Assembly: GCA_028697885.1 (NCBI GenBank)
Contig: JAQVER010000001.1
Span: 19,970-83,969, forward strand
Length of the DNA stretch: 64,000 bases
Direction: 5' to 3'
DNA from: Desulfocapsaceae bacterium
Lineage (GTDB): Bacteria; Desulfobacterota; Desulfobulbia; Desulfobulbales; Desulfocapsaceae
Positions 45,132-52,972 of this stretch are shown one piece after another. Below the pieces are notes generated by a model. That model ran no database searches. It saw only the letters and a program-made list of their open reading frames with translations, and was not told the DNA's origin. The first letter of the stretch is position 1. Every line of letters begins with the position of its first letter. A program made the position numbers and the translations under genes.

Positions 45132-46695
45132 TGGTGGAAACATCATGGCTGATCAAGAAAACTCGCAAGGGGAGATGGTCTTGCCGCCAGTTGAAAAAAA
45201 AATGCGGAGGGAGGAAATACAGGCTGGATTGCGTCCCTTCCAGCTGGTTAAATATTTTTCTTTCACCAGTTTGGGGGTTATTCTTGTCTTTACCTTGATC
45301 CTCTCCTGGGTTATCTCTAATCATGCCCGCAAGATTATGCTGGAACAGAGTGAGGAGTATTCACTCCTGCTGGCAGAAAATCTGAATCAACAGGTTTTTC
45401 GTAGCTTTGTCCTGCCGACGGTAGTTCGTTTTGGTAAAATTGCCCTCAGTCATCCGGATCAGTTTGAGATGCTGGATCGTATCGTTAAAAATGCTACTCA
45501 GGGGCTTAAAACGGAATCAGTTACTATCTATGACTCCAGTATCAATATCATTTCCTATTCGACCCGTCCGGAGCTTGTCGGCAAGAAAGATGTGGGAGGT
45601 GTCGAATATCAGAAAGCCTTGAAAAATAATCCCATCTCTCAGATTGTCTTCAGTGGCTCCCTTTGGAGCCTGATGCCTGGGGCGCCATCGGTCCAGTGTC
45701 AGCTCAAGACCTATATCCCCTTTCGTCAGGTCAGTAACAGCGGGGCTGCCAGCCCGCAGATCATGGGGGTTATAGAGATTACACAGGACCTTTCCAAGGA
45801 ATATGGTGCCATAATCGAATTGCAGGGGCGGATTATTCTGGTTTCCAGCATTATTATGGCAGTATTGTTTATTGTCCTTCGCACCATTGTCAGTCGGGGT
45901 GACCGGCTTATGGAAATTCGGGCCACGGAACGGCTTCGTCTGGAAGAAAAATTGAACCAGTCAGAACGGCTTGCCCACTTGGGAACTATGGTGGCCACTG
46001 TGTCCCATGAGATCAAAAGTCCCTTAGGTATTATCAGAAGCACGGCTGAACTTTTGGAAAAGAGAATTAAGAAGGTGGCTCCGGGGAATGAGCAATTGGC
46101 CAGGATTATTGTGGATGAGACCACACGGCTGAATAATATTGTCATGGAATTTCTTGATTTCGCCAGACCTCAGGAACCTAAGCTGTCGAGGGTTGATGTC
46201 AATACTGTTGTCCGCAAAGCCTTGCAGTTTATTGAGCCCAGTGCGCGCGAGAAAAAAATCGAGTTACGGGCAGAACTTGAGCCTGTTCTGGCTCCAATTG
46301 CTTTGGATCAGGAGATGTTCTATCGGGCTTTACTGAACATCTTGGTGAATGGCCTGCAGGCCATGGATGACCAAGGGGTGTTGCAGGTCTCGACCACTAA
46401 AGGAGAAGCTGCCGGTTCATCGATAGCCATGGATAGCCAAGTGATACAGGAGCCAGGGGTGGTGCAGGAGCAACCTACAGGAGTCGTGAAAATTATTGTT
46501 CGTGATAACGGTAAGGGGATGTCTGCTGAAAAGGTAGAGCAGATCTTCAAACCCTTTTTTAGTGATAAAAATCGAGGCACAGGTCTTGGTCTTGCCATAA
46601 GCCGCAATATTATCGAGCATCATCATGGAAGCATTGGGGTTGAGAGCAAAGAGGGAGAGGGAACAACCTTTACCATTATTTTGCCCGCAGTTTGA
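45124..46695 (+). CDS. Membrane sensor histidine kinase
   Basis: Two TMs flank about 170 aa. The H-box is LGTMVATVSHEIKSPLGII. The ATP lid is DNGKGM...GTGLGLAISRNIIEHHHGSIGVES. The start is ATG 45124 (overlapping the rSAM stop) or ATG 45145; the track extends to 45088. Confidence 0.85.
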   Translation: MIDGGNIMADQENSQGEMVLPPVEKKMRREEIQAGLRPFQLVKYFSFTSLGVILVFTLILSWVISNHARKIMLEQSEEYSLLLAENLNQQVFRSFVLPTVVRFGKIALSHPDQFEMLDRIVKNATQGLKTESVTIYDSSINIISYSTRPELVGKKDVGGVEYQKALKNNPISQIVFSGSLWSLMPGAPSVQCQLKTYIPFRQVSNSGAASPQIMGVIEITQDLSKEYGAIIELQGRIILVSSIIMAVLFIVLRTIVSRGDRLMEIRATERLRLEEKLNQSERLAHLGTMVATVSHEIKSPLGIIRSTAELLEKRIKKVAPGNEQLARIIVDETTRLNNIVMEFLDFARPQEPKLSRVDVNTVVRKALQFIEPSAREKKIELRAELEPVLAPIALDQEMFYRALLNILVNGLQAMDDQGVLQVSTTKGEAAGSSIAMDSQVIQEPGVVQEQPTGVVKIIVRDNGKGMSAEKVEQIFKPFFSDKNRGTGLGLAISRNIIEHHHGSIGVESKEGEGTTFTIILPAV

Positions 46696-46833
46696 TTGTT
46701 GACGCTCGTGAATGGATCTTGAATATAATTTTTCTCTACATCTCTGCGGCTCTGTCTGTCCCGGAGAGTCTGTAGAAACCGCTTTTATAATTGGTTTTTT
46801 TTATTAAATAGGTATGAAAAATGGAGAAACAGT

Positions 46834-48570
46834 ATGAGTGAAAAAGTTGGTGAAAAAATTGTTATTATTGGAGGGGTAGCAGCAGGCCCCAAGGCTGCGT
46901 GTCGGGTTAAACGTTTGATGCAGAACGCACAGGTGACTATTATTGATGAGGACAGTCTTATCTCCTATGGCGGATGCGGCATTCCTTATTATGTTTCAGG
47001 GGACGTGTCTGATGAGTCAGAGTTGCGCTCGACCAGTTTTCATATGGTGCGGAACGAAAACTTTTTCCAGGATGCCAAAGGGGTGGATGTCTTGACCCGT
47101 ACTCGTGCCCTGTCCATTGACTGCAAGAACAAGGTTGTTCATGTTGAACATGTGGAGACAGGGGAGAAACAGGGTCTCTCCTATGATAAACTGATGTTGG
47201 CAACGGGCAGCCGTCCTTTTGTGCTGCCCATTCCTGGTGTGGAACTTGATGGAGTGTTCACCATCAGCAATCTGCATAAGGCCATTGAAATCAAGAAGAG
47301 AATTGCCGGCGGCAAGGTCTCACGTGCTGTGGTCATTGGTGGCGGCGCCATCGGCGTTGAGATGGCAGAGTCTTTGACTGATTTGTGGGGGGTGGAGACG
47401 ACCCTGGTTGAGTTTATGCCGCAGCTCCTGCCCCGTATTGTCGATTTTCCCATGGCAGCCATGCTGGCCAGTCATCTGCGTGAGAAAGGGGTGGCGGTCC
47501 ATTTGGGCGAAGGGGCCGCCGAGATTGTGGGAGAGGATGGCAGGGTGACAGCTGTCCGCACTTCTGCCCGCACTCTTGAGGCTGATCTGGTGATCATGGC
47601 TGCAGGCGTCCGTCCCCGTTCAGAACTGGCGCGAGATGCCGGGCTACAGATTTCGCCCATGGGTGCGATTGTCGTTAATGAGCGGATGCAGACTTCGGAT
47701 CCTTTTATCTATGCTGCCGGAGATTGCATCGAGGTTCGTCATCTGGTTTCCGGGAAGAAATTCTACGCACCTCTTGGTTCTCTTGCTAATAAGGAAGGGA
47801 GGGTGGTTGGCGATAACATGGCAGGGATTCCCTCGGTCTTCAAGGGGGCAGTGGGCAGTTTTATCATGAAGGCCTTTGATGTCTGTATCGGTGCCACCGG
47901 CTTGAGTCTTGATGTGGCCCTGGCTGAAGGGTATGATGCGGATGTGGCCCTGACCGCTCCTTCTGATCGGGCTCATTTCTTTCCCGGTGAGGCCATCGTC
48001 GTTTTTCAGATGGTGTTTGATAAGCGGACGCGGCGGGTATTGGGGCTGCAAGGGTTTGGACCCATGGGTGATGGCATCTCGGCACGCATTGATGCGGCTG
48101 CGGCCCATATCAGCATGGGGGCCAATATTGACGATTTCGGGATATTGGAGATGGCCTATGCGCCGCCTTTCTCTGCGGCGATTGATTCGATCAATGCTGT
48201 GGCCTATGTGGCTGATAATATCTGTGATGGCCGTCTGCGAAAGATTCCCATGATTTCTTTTCTGCAGTGGATGGATGACTTCAGTACGCAACCGGATTGG
48301 ATTGCTCTCGATATCAGACATCCGAAAGAAACGGGGCCGTTTGTTGAGAAATTTGGGCCAGAACGATGGCTGGCCATTCCCTATAATGAAGTGCGGGCCA
48401 GATATCGTGAGCTGTCCGCTGATAAGACCATGGTTATCCTCTGTGATGCCGGAACCCGTTCCTTTGAGATCCAGAGCTTTTTAGACAGTGTTGGTCTGCG
48501 AAATAGTCAGGTCTTGAGTGGTGGTTTTAATGTAGTGCGAAGGATTGGGGTCGACTGGTATCCCGAATAA
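46834..48570 (+). CDS. CoA-disulfide reductase/NADH-oxidase family flavoprotein fused to a C-terminal rhodanese domain (persulfide/polysulfide reductase-like)
   Basis: Shows IVIIGGVAAGPKAA, the redox Cys in ISYGGCGIPYY (46975-77), VVIGGGAIGVEMAE and AAGDC. The rhodanese loop is ILCDAGTRS (Cys codon 48442-44). Confidence 0.85.
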   Translation: MSEKVGEKIVIIGGVAAGPKAACRVKRLMQNAQVTIIDEDSLISYGGCGIPYYVSGDVSDESELRSTSFHMVRNENFFQDAKGVDVLTRTRALSIDCKNKVVHVEHVETGEKQGLSYDKLMLATGSRPFVLPIPGVELDGVFTISNLHKAIEIKKRIAGGKVSRAVVIGGGAIGVEMAESLTDLWGVETTLVEFMPQLLPRIVDFPMAAMLASHLREKGVAVHLGEGAAEIVGEDGRVTAVRTSARTLEADLVIMAAGVRPRSELARDAGLQISPMGAIVVNERMQTSDPFIYAAGDCIEVRHLVSGKKFYAPLGSLANKEGRVVGDNMAGIPSVFKGAVGSFIMKAFDVCIGATGLSLDVALAEGYDADVALTAPSDRAHFFPGEAIVVFQMVFDKRTRRVLGLQGFGPMGDGISARIDAAAAHISMGANIDDFGILEMAYAPPFSAAIDSINAVAYVADNICDGRLRKIPMISFLQWMDDFSTQPDWIALDIRHPKETGPFVEKFGPERWLAIPYNEVRARYRELSADKTMVILCDAGTRSFEIQSFLDSVGLRNSQVLSGGFNVVRRIGVDWYPE

Positions 48571-48879
48571 GGTGTTTTCTTCTGGTGTATGATGTGTGAG
48601 ATCCGGTGGCAGGGGCGAGAATGGATGAAAATCATCTCTTCTCGCCTTGATTAAAGCCGCCGAAAGCTTCTTTCCTCAACCAAAGACAGGCTAGAGGATA
48701 GTTTTATTCTGCTTTTCTGGACAAGTTTGATCTTCTTGTGATATATATACACCTTTCTACATGGTTGTTAACGAGAAGTTTAATTCCGCGATGAAATGGT
48801 TTGTCGGGCAGTATCGTTTCAGTTTTTGTGTAACTGTAAGATATCCATTATTAACCAATAATATTTGGCAGGATGTGAT

Positions 48880-50496
48880 ATGACGGATTTAAATCCCCAG
48901 CATATGATTGAAGAGATACAGGATAATATAAAAACCGGCGATGCCATGAAAACGCAGTTGGTTCTTTCCCATCTGGGTGAGGTTGATAAGAAGACTCAGA
49001 ATCGTTTGATTTATGAGTTGACCCGTGGTGAGGTACCGTTCAGTATTCCTCAACTTCTCTATCTTCTTGCTGATCATGCCGTGCTGGCTGCTGAGCTGCC
49101 GATTATCAAGGAGACGCTGATCTCACAACTCCTGGCCTATCCAGAACTGCTGAGTGGCTTTCTTATAGATCCCAAGATCAAGGGGAAACAGTATCTGATT
49201 CAGATCGCGGGTGAGCTTCGCTCCGATGATTCCACTCAGGCTTTGATGGAGCTGGTTGCCGGTTCCCAGGACGAGGCGGAGATAAAACTTGTCCTGGAGA
49301 CTCTTGGTCTGATCGGTGATCCTGAGGCCATTAATCTTCTTACCGATTATCTCTATGCCGCTAATCGAGAGTTGATTATTGCCGCCGTCCAGGCTCTTGG
49401 TCAGGTGGGAACACCGACTGCCATGCACAGGCTGGCCGAGCGGATGGGGACGGATAATGAACTTGATTTCATGATTCTTTCCATCTTTGCTGATGTACAG
49501 GATCAGGTGTCGCTGGAGAAGTTGAATGAAACCCTGCGCTCCCATTATGCCCATATGCGGACCTATGCGAAACAAGAGATTGTACGTATCGGGGCGAAGG
49601 CTGTGCCTAATCTCATTGAGAACCTCTTGCATGAAGATCCTGATTTTCAGATTCATACCTTGAATGTCTTGGGTGAGATTGGAGATGAATCGGCAATCAT
49701 GCCAATCAGAAAGTTACTGGGACGTGACCCCAAGAGCGCTAATGTGCGTTTTGCAGCCTATGAGTCACTGGCCCTTCTGCCTTTGCGCAAAGGGGCCTAT
49801 ACCTTGACCGCCGGACTGACCGACAAGGAGGACCATGTCTGTATAGCGGCTGCCAGGGCCATAGAACGGAATTATTCCGATATCCTGGTGGCAGGCATTA
49901 AAAATCTCTTGATGGAGAAGGATGATGATGCCCATCATATCACCAAAATCATTGTTAATGGTCAGGTTGATAAAATATTTATGAGTCTTGCCGATGAGCC
50001 TTACTTTCAGGAAATGGCCATGATTTATCTGCCCCATGCCCATAAGGATATCCTTCAACATTATCATACCTTGTTGAAGAATGCCGGCATGGATGATTTT
50101 GCCAGAAAACTGGTTGGTACTGAAGAGGTGTCGGTTAAACTGAAAGTGGTGGCTGTGGATGATTCCCGGATGATCCTTAATATTTATAAGGCGACCCTGC
50201 ATGAACTGGGCTATGATCCCGTGTTGTTTGAGTTTCCTGCATCGGCCCTTGAGTGGTTGGCCAAAGAGAAACCTGCCATGGTCCTGACGGATCTGAATAT
50301 GCCGGAGATTACCGGGGTAGGTTTGACGGAAGGGATACGGAAAAAATATTCTGCCACAGAGCTGCCGGTGATTATGGTTACCACCCAGAATGAGGTTCAG
50401 GATAACAAGGCTGCCCTGTCCGCAGGAGTGAACAAAATTATTCAGAAGCCCTTTAATGCAGCATCATTGAAAGCGGCTATGTCCGAGTTTATCTGA
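48880..50496 (+). CDS. HEAT-repeat protein with C-terminal response-regulator receiver domain
   Basis: PBS-lyase-type HEAT repeats are present (TLGLIGDPEAINLL, ALGQVGTPTAMHRL, VLGEIGDESAIMPIRKLL). The REC domain is KVVAVDDSRMI...MVLTDLNMPEITG...VIMVTT...KPF. ATG 48880 is preferred over the track's TTG 48865. Confidence 0.82.
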   Translation: MTDLNPQHMIEEIQDNIKTGDAMKTQLVLSHLGEVDKKTQNRLIYELTRGEVPFSIPQLLYLLADHAVLAAELPIIKETLISQLLAYPELLSGFLIDPKIKGKQYLIQIAGELRSDDSTQALMELVAGSQDEAEIKLVLETLGLIGDPEAINLLTDYLYAANRELIIAAVQALGQVGTPTAMHRLAERMGTDNELDFMILSIFADVQDQVSLEKLNETLRSHYAHMRTYAKQEIVRIGAKAVPNLIENLLHEDPDFQIHTLNVLGEIGDESAIMPIRKLLGRDPKSANVRFAAYESLALLPLRKGAYTLTAGLTDKEDHVCIAAARAIERNYSDILVAGIKNLLMEKDDDAHHITKIIVNGQVDKIFMSLADEPYFQEMAMIYLPHAHKDILQHYHTLLKNAGMDDFARKLVGTEEVSVKLKVVAVDDSRMILNIYKATLHELGYDPVLFEFPASALEWLAKEKPAMVLTDLNMPEITGVGLTEGIRKKYSATELPVIMVTTQNEVQDNKAALSAGVNKIIQKPFNAASLKAAMSEFI

Positions 50497-51295
50497 TCGT
50501 TGAAAGATGGTCCAGCAGTTCAGGGATTTTGTGAAAGTATCTACCCACATCCTCAGGTTTGTGGGCATCTGATCCGGCAACAAGTGGGATTTTTCTGCTT
50601 ATTGCCATCTGGATAATAGCTGGGGCCGGGAAAGGGGTTCCGCGGATAGCAAATCCTGAGGTATTTATCTCAAGAGCCATATCCTGTTCCTTGACGGTGT
50701 CCAGCAGTTCCTCGATCTGTTGCCAGTGGCTTGGCATGAGTTGAAGTCCAGGTTGAAAACGGAGGGCGGCGTCCATGTGGCAGAGTACAGTGCCGGGAAG
50801 GACGCGTGCTGCTTCTATGAGGGTATCGAAATAGTCACTCAGAATACTCCCACAGCCTGTTTCGGCAATGGCCAGGATGTTTTTTGCCTTTCTGCTGACC
50901 AAGTTCAAGTCAAAAGATTGACCGAGAACAGGCATAAAGTGGTAGGAAATTCCTATTTGATCCCAGGATCGTCTTAACAGCCGATCCTGAAGTTCTTGTC
51001 GTTGTGCGGCATTATACCCAACTTCTACGCCGAGGCCGATATTCAGCCGGTTGCTATACTTCTCCTTGAGCTTTTCCCCCTCCTCAAAGTAGTCATCAAA
51101 ATCCTTGTCAGTCAACCAGGTCGTTTCAAAGTAGTTTACACCCGTTCCTTCCATATGTTCAAGAAAGACAATATGGTCAAACCCCTTTTTGATTGCAGAC
51201 AGCACGTACTCCTCCATGGTGCCGGTGGCATGATGGCAGTATCTGGTGTGCATGTGACCATCGAAAAGGAGATTGATCAAGGAGTGATTTAACAT
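50489..51295 (-). CDS. PHP-family histidinol-phosphatase-like protein
   Basis: Shows LFDGHMHTRYCHHA, DHIVFLEHME, LCHMD and AGSDAH, the PHP metal-ligand pattern. Confidence 0.8.
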   Translation of the reverse strand: MLNHSLINLLFDGHMHTRYCHHATGTMEEYVLSAIKKGFDHIVFLEHMEGTGVNYFETTWLTDKDFDDYFEEGEKLKEKYSNRLNIGLGVEVGYNAAQRQELQDRLLRRSWDQIGISYHFMPVLGQSFDLNLVSRKAKNILAIAETGCGSILSDYFDTLIEAARVLPGTVLCHMDAALRFQPGLQLMPSHWQQIEELLDTVKEQDMALEINTSGFAIRGTPFPAPAIIQMAISRKIPLVAGSDAHKPEDVGRYFHKIPELLDHLSTIR

Positions 51296-51319
51296 GAAAA
51301 AGGCTTGAAGGAATGGTGC

Positions 51320-51514
51320 TCAGGCGTTTCCCTTGGGGAAAAAATGGACAATGCCATCAATTTCTGAGGTGTCGCAGACATGACCAATATCCAGTTCCAG
51401 ATCGAGGAATTCACCGATGCCGCCAATGTTCAGCGATAAGGCTGGACCATCCGGTAGATGGTAGATCAGAGTTTGAACCTTTGCATAATTGATGGGTCGG
51501 GTGAAAATCTTCAT
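51320..51514 (-). CDS. Hypothetical small protein (64 aa)
   Basis: This ORF lies directly upstream of, and co-directional with, the PHP gene (24-nt gap). It has no recognisable motif and no clear SD. Confidence 0.35.
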   Translation of the reverse strand: MKIFTRPINYAKVQTLIYHLPDGPALSLNIGGIGEFLDLELDIGHVCDTSEIDGIVHFFPKGNA

Positions 51515-51721
51515 TGAATATACCTATAGTCATTAAAGTGATGGATTTTTTTAATATTAGTGAAAAGAATTATCTCTTTAAAATTGACTATAAGGATTTT
51601 TATAATAAACCGCAAGGGGTATGAGATGAGGGTGTCTTGGCCGTAATGTCCTGTGAAAGAGAAAATTCAAGAGTTATTGACGAGGTATCGGGTGTATCGG
51701 AATAACTGGTATGAAATAGGT

Positions 51722-51750
51722 TTGACAGTGAAAGAGTATATGTTTACTAT
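51722..51750 (+). promoter_or_regulatory. Sigma70-like promoter upstream of the YkgJ-like gene
   Basis: TTGACA (51722-27), a 17-nt spacer, then TACTAT (51745-50), about 75 nt upstream of ATG 51823. Confidence 0.45.
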
Positions 51751-51822
51751 ACTAGGTTCTATAGAGGAACTTTCTCCGCTCTTGCGTGGTGCGGTAATTA
51801 CTATTTGATATAAGGTGATAAT

Positions 51823-52767
51823 ATGACAGAACAAAATATGTCTGCCAAAGAGAATATCCTCTTTGGCAAAGCAACAAATCCATCCAATATCCTTCCCCGG
51901 AAACTGACTTTGGACAGTAAAATCAAGTTTCGTTGTCATCCCGGCGTGAAATGCTTTACAGCTTGTTGCGGTGGCATCAAGATCATTTTGACTCCCTATG
52001 ATATTCTACAGCTGACAAAAAGGCTGAATATGCCAGCCCATGAGTTCCTGCATCAGTATGCGACCCCAGTCTATCTTGAGCAGACCGATATGCCTGGTGT
52101 GGCTATCAAGCTGCGAGAGGATGATCAGAAATGTCCTTTTGTGACCCCGGAGGGGTGCACCGTCTATAGCGATCGTCCTTCTGCTTGTCGCTATTATCCT
52201 GTGGGGATGGCTGATTTTCACGAGGGTGGAGATAACAAGAGTAAGGATGGTGATCAGAACGATGAAGAAAAATTTTTCTTTATCGTCAAAGAAGAACACT
52301 GCAAGGGCTTTGAAGAAGATAAAGAGTGGACCGTTCGGGAATGGCGTGCCGATCAGGGCGTTGATGTCCGCGACGAGATGAACAAGGAGTGGCTGCGTCT
52401 GGTGATGCGCCGTAAATCATTCGGGCATCAGGCCACCCTCTCGGAGCAGGCCAAACGCATGTTCTTCATGGCCTCAACCGATCTTGACCATTTCCGTACT
52501 TTTGTCTTTGAAAGTTCATTCCTTGACACTTTTATTGTTGATGATGAGACAGTTGCCAAGATTAAGGAAGATGATGTCGAGCTTATGCTCTTCTCCTTCA
52601 AGTATCTGGCTGCAACCTTGTTTGGTGCCCAGGGCTTGAAAATACGAGAGGAGAAGATCCAGGCCAAGGTAGGGGAGATTAAACAACGGCAGGATGAATC
52701 CGTTCTTGAGTCAGTTCAGGACTATGAGAGGATCAAGCAACAACGAGCAATGGAAGGAAAAAGCTAG
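51823..52767 (+). CDS. YkgJ-family cysteine-cluster (Fe/Zn-chelating) protein with C-terminal extension
   Basis: Shows FRCHPGVKCFTACCGGIKIILTPYDILQL and CPFVTPEGCTVYSDRPSACRYYP. Confidence 0.78.
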   Translation: MTEQNMSAKENILFGKATNPSNILPRKLTLDSKIKFRCHPGVKCFTACCGGIKIILTPYDILQLTKRLNMPAHEFLHQYATPVYLEQTDMPGVAIKLREDDQKCPFVTPEGCTVYSDRPSACRYYPVGMADFHEGGDNKSKDGDQNDEEKFFFIVKEEHCKGFEEDKEWTVREWRADQGVDVRDEMNKEWLRLVMRRKSFGHQATLSEQAKRMFFMASTDLDHFRTFVFESSFLDTFIVDDETVAKIKEDDVELMLFSFKYLAATLFGAQGLKIREEKIQAKVGEIKQRQDESVLESVQDYERIKQQRAMEGKS

Positions 52768-52868
52768 GACTGAAATTAGATTGGTCAGGTGAAATTTTAA
52801 GAGGTGTTTTACTGGAGGGTGGTTGGTCGTGATCCCTCTGTGAACAGTTTTTGTTGAATTTGATAATA

Positions 52869-52910
52869 AAAAAGGGTGTTTCGGAAAGTTATTTTCGAAA
52901 CACCCTTTTT
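52869..52910. terminator. Bidirectional rho-independent terminator between convergent genes
   Basis: AAAAAGGGTGTTTCG-(loop)-CGAAACACCCTTTTT. The hairpin is followed by a T-run on both strands. Confidence 0.8.
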
Positions 52911-52972
52911 GTTTTGGGTAGATGTTTTTGAGCCTGTTCCTTGCGGAACAGGCTCAAAAAGTTACTAAGATT

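Noticed and set aside
46696-46833. A possible sigma70 promoter, TTGACG...TATAAT, upstream of the CoADR-rhodanese gene.
   Set aside because: The spacer is 19 nt by my count, outside the usual 16-18 nt. That is too weak to report as a feature.
52930-52955. An 11-bp perfect hairpin, GAGCCTGTTCC-TTGC-GGAACAGGCTC, just downstream of the por stop.
   Set aside because: I do not call it a terminator. On both strands it is preceded by T5 and followed by A5, so no U-tract follows the stem. The neighbouring hairpin at 52869-52910 has the proper bidirectional terminator geometry. This one may be an mRNA-stabilising stem.
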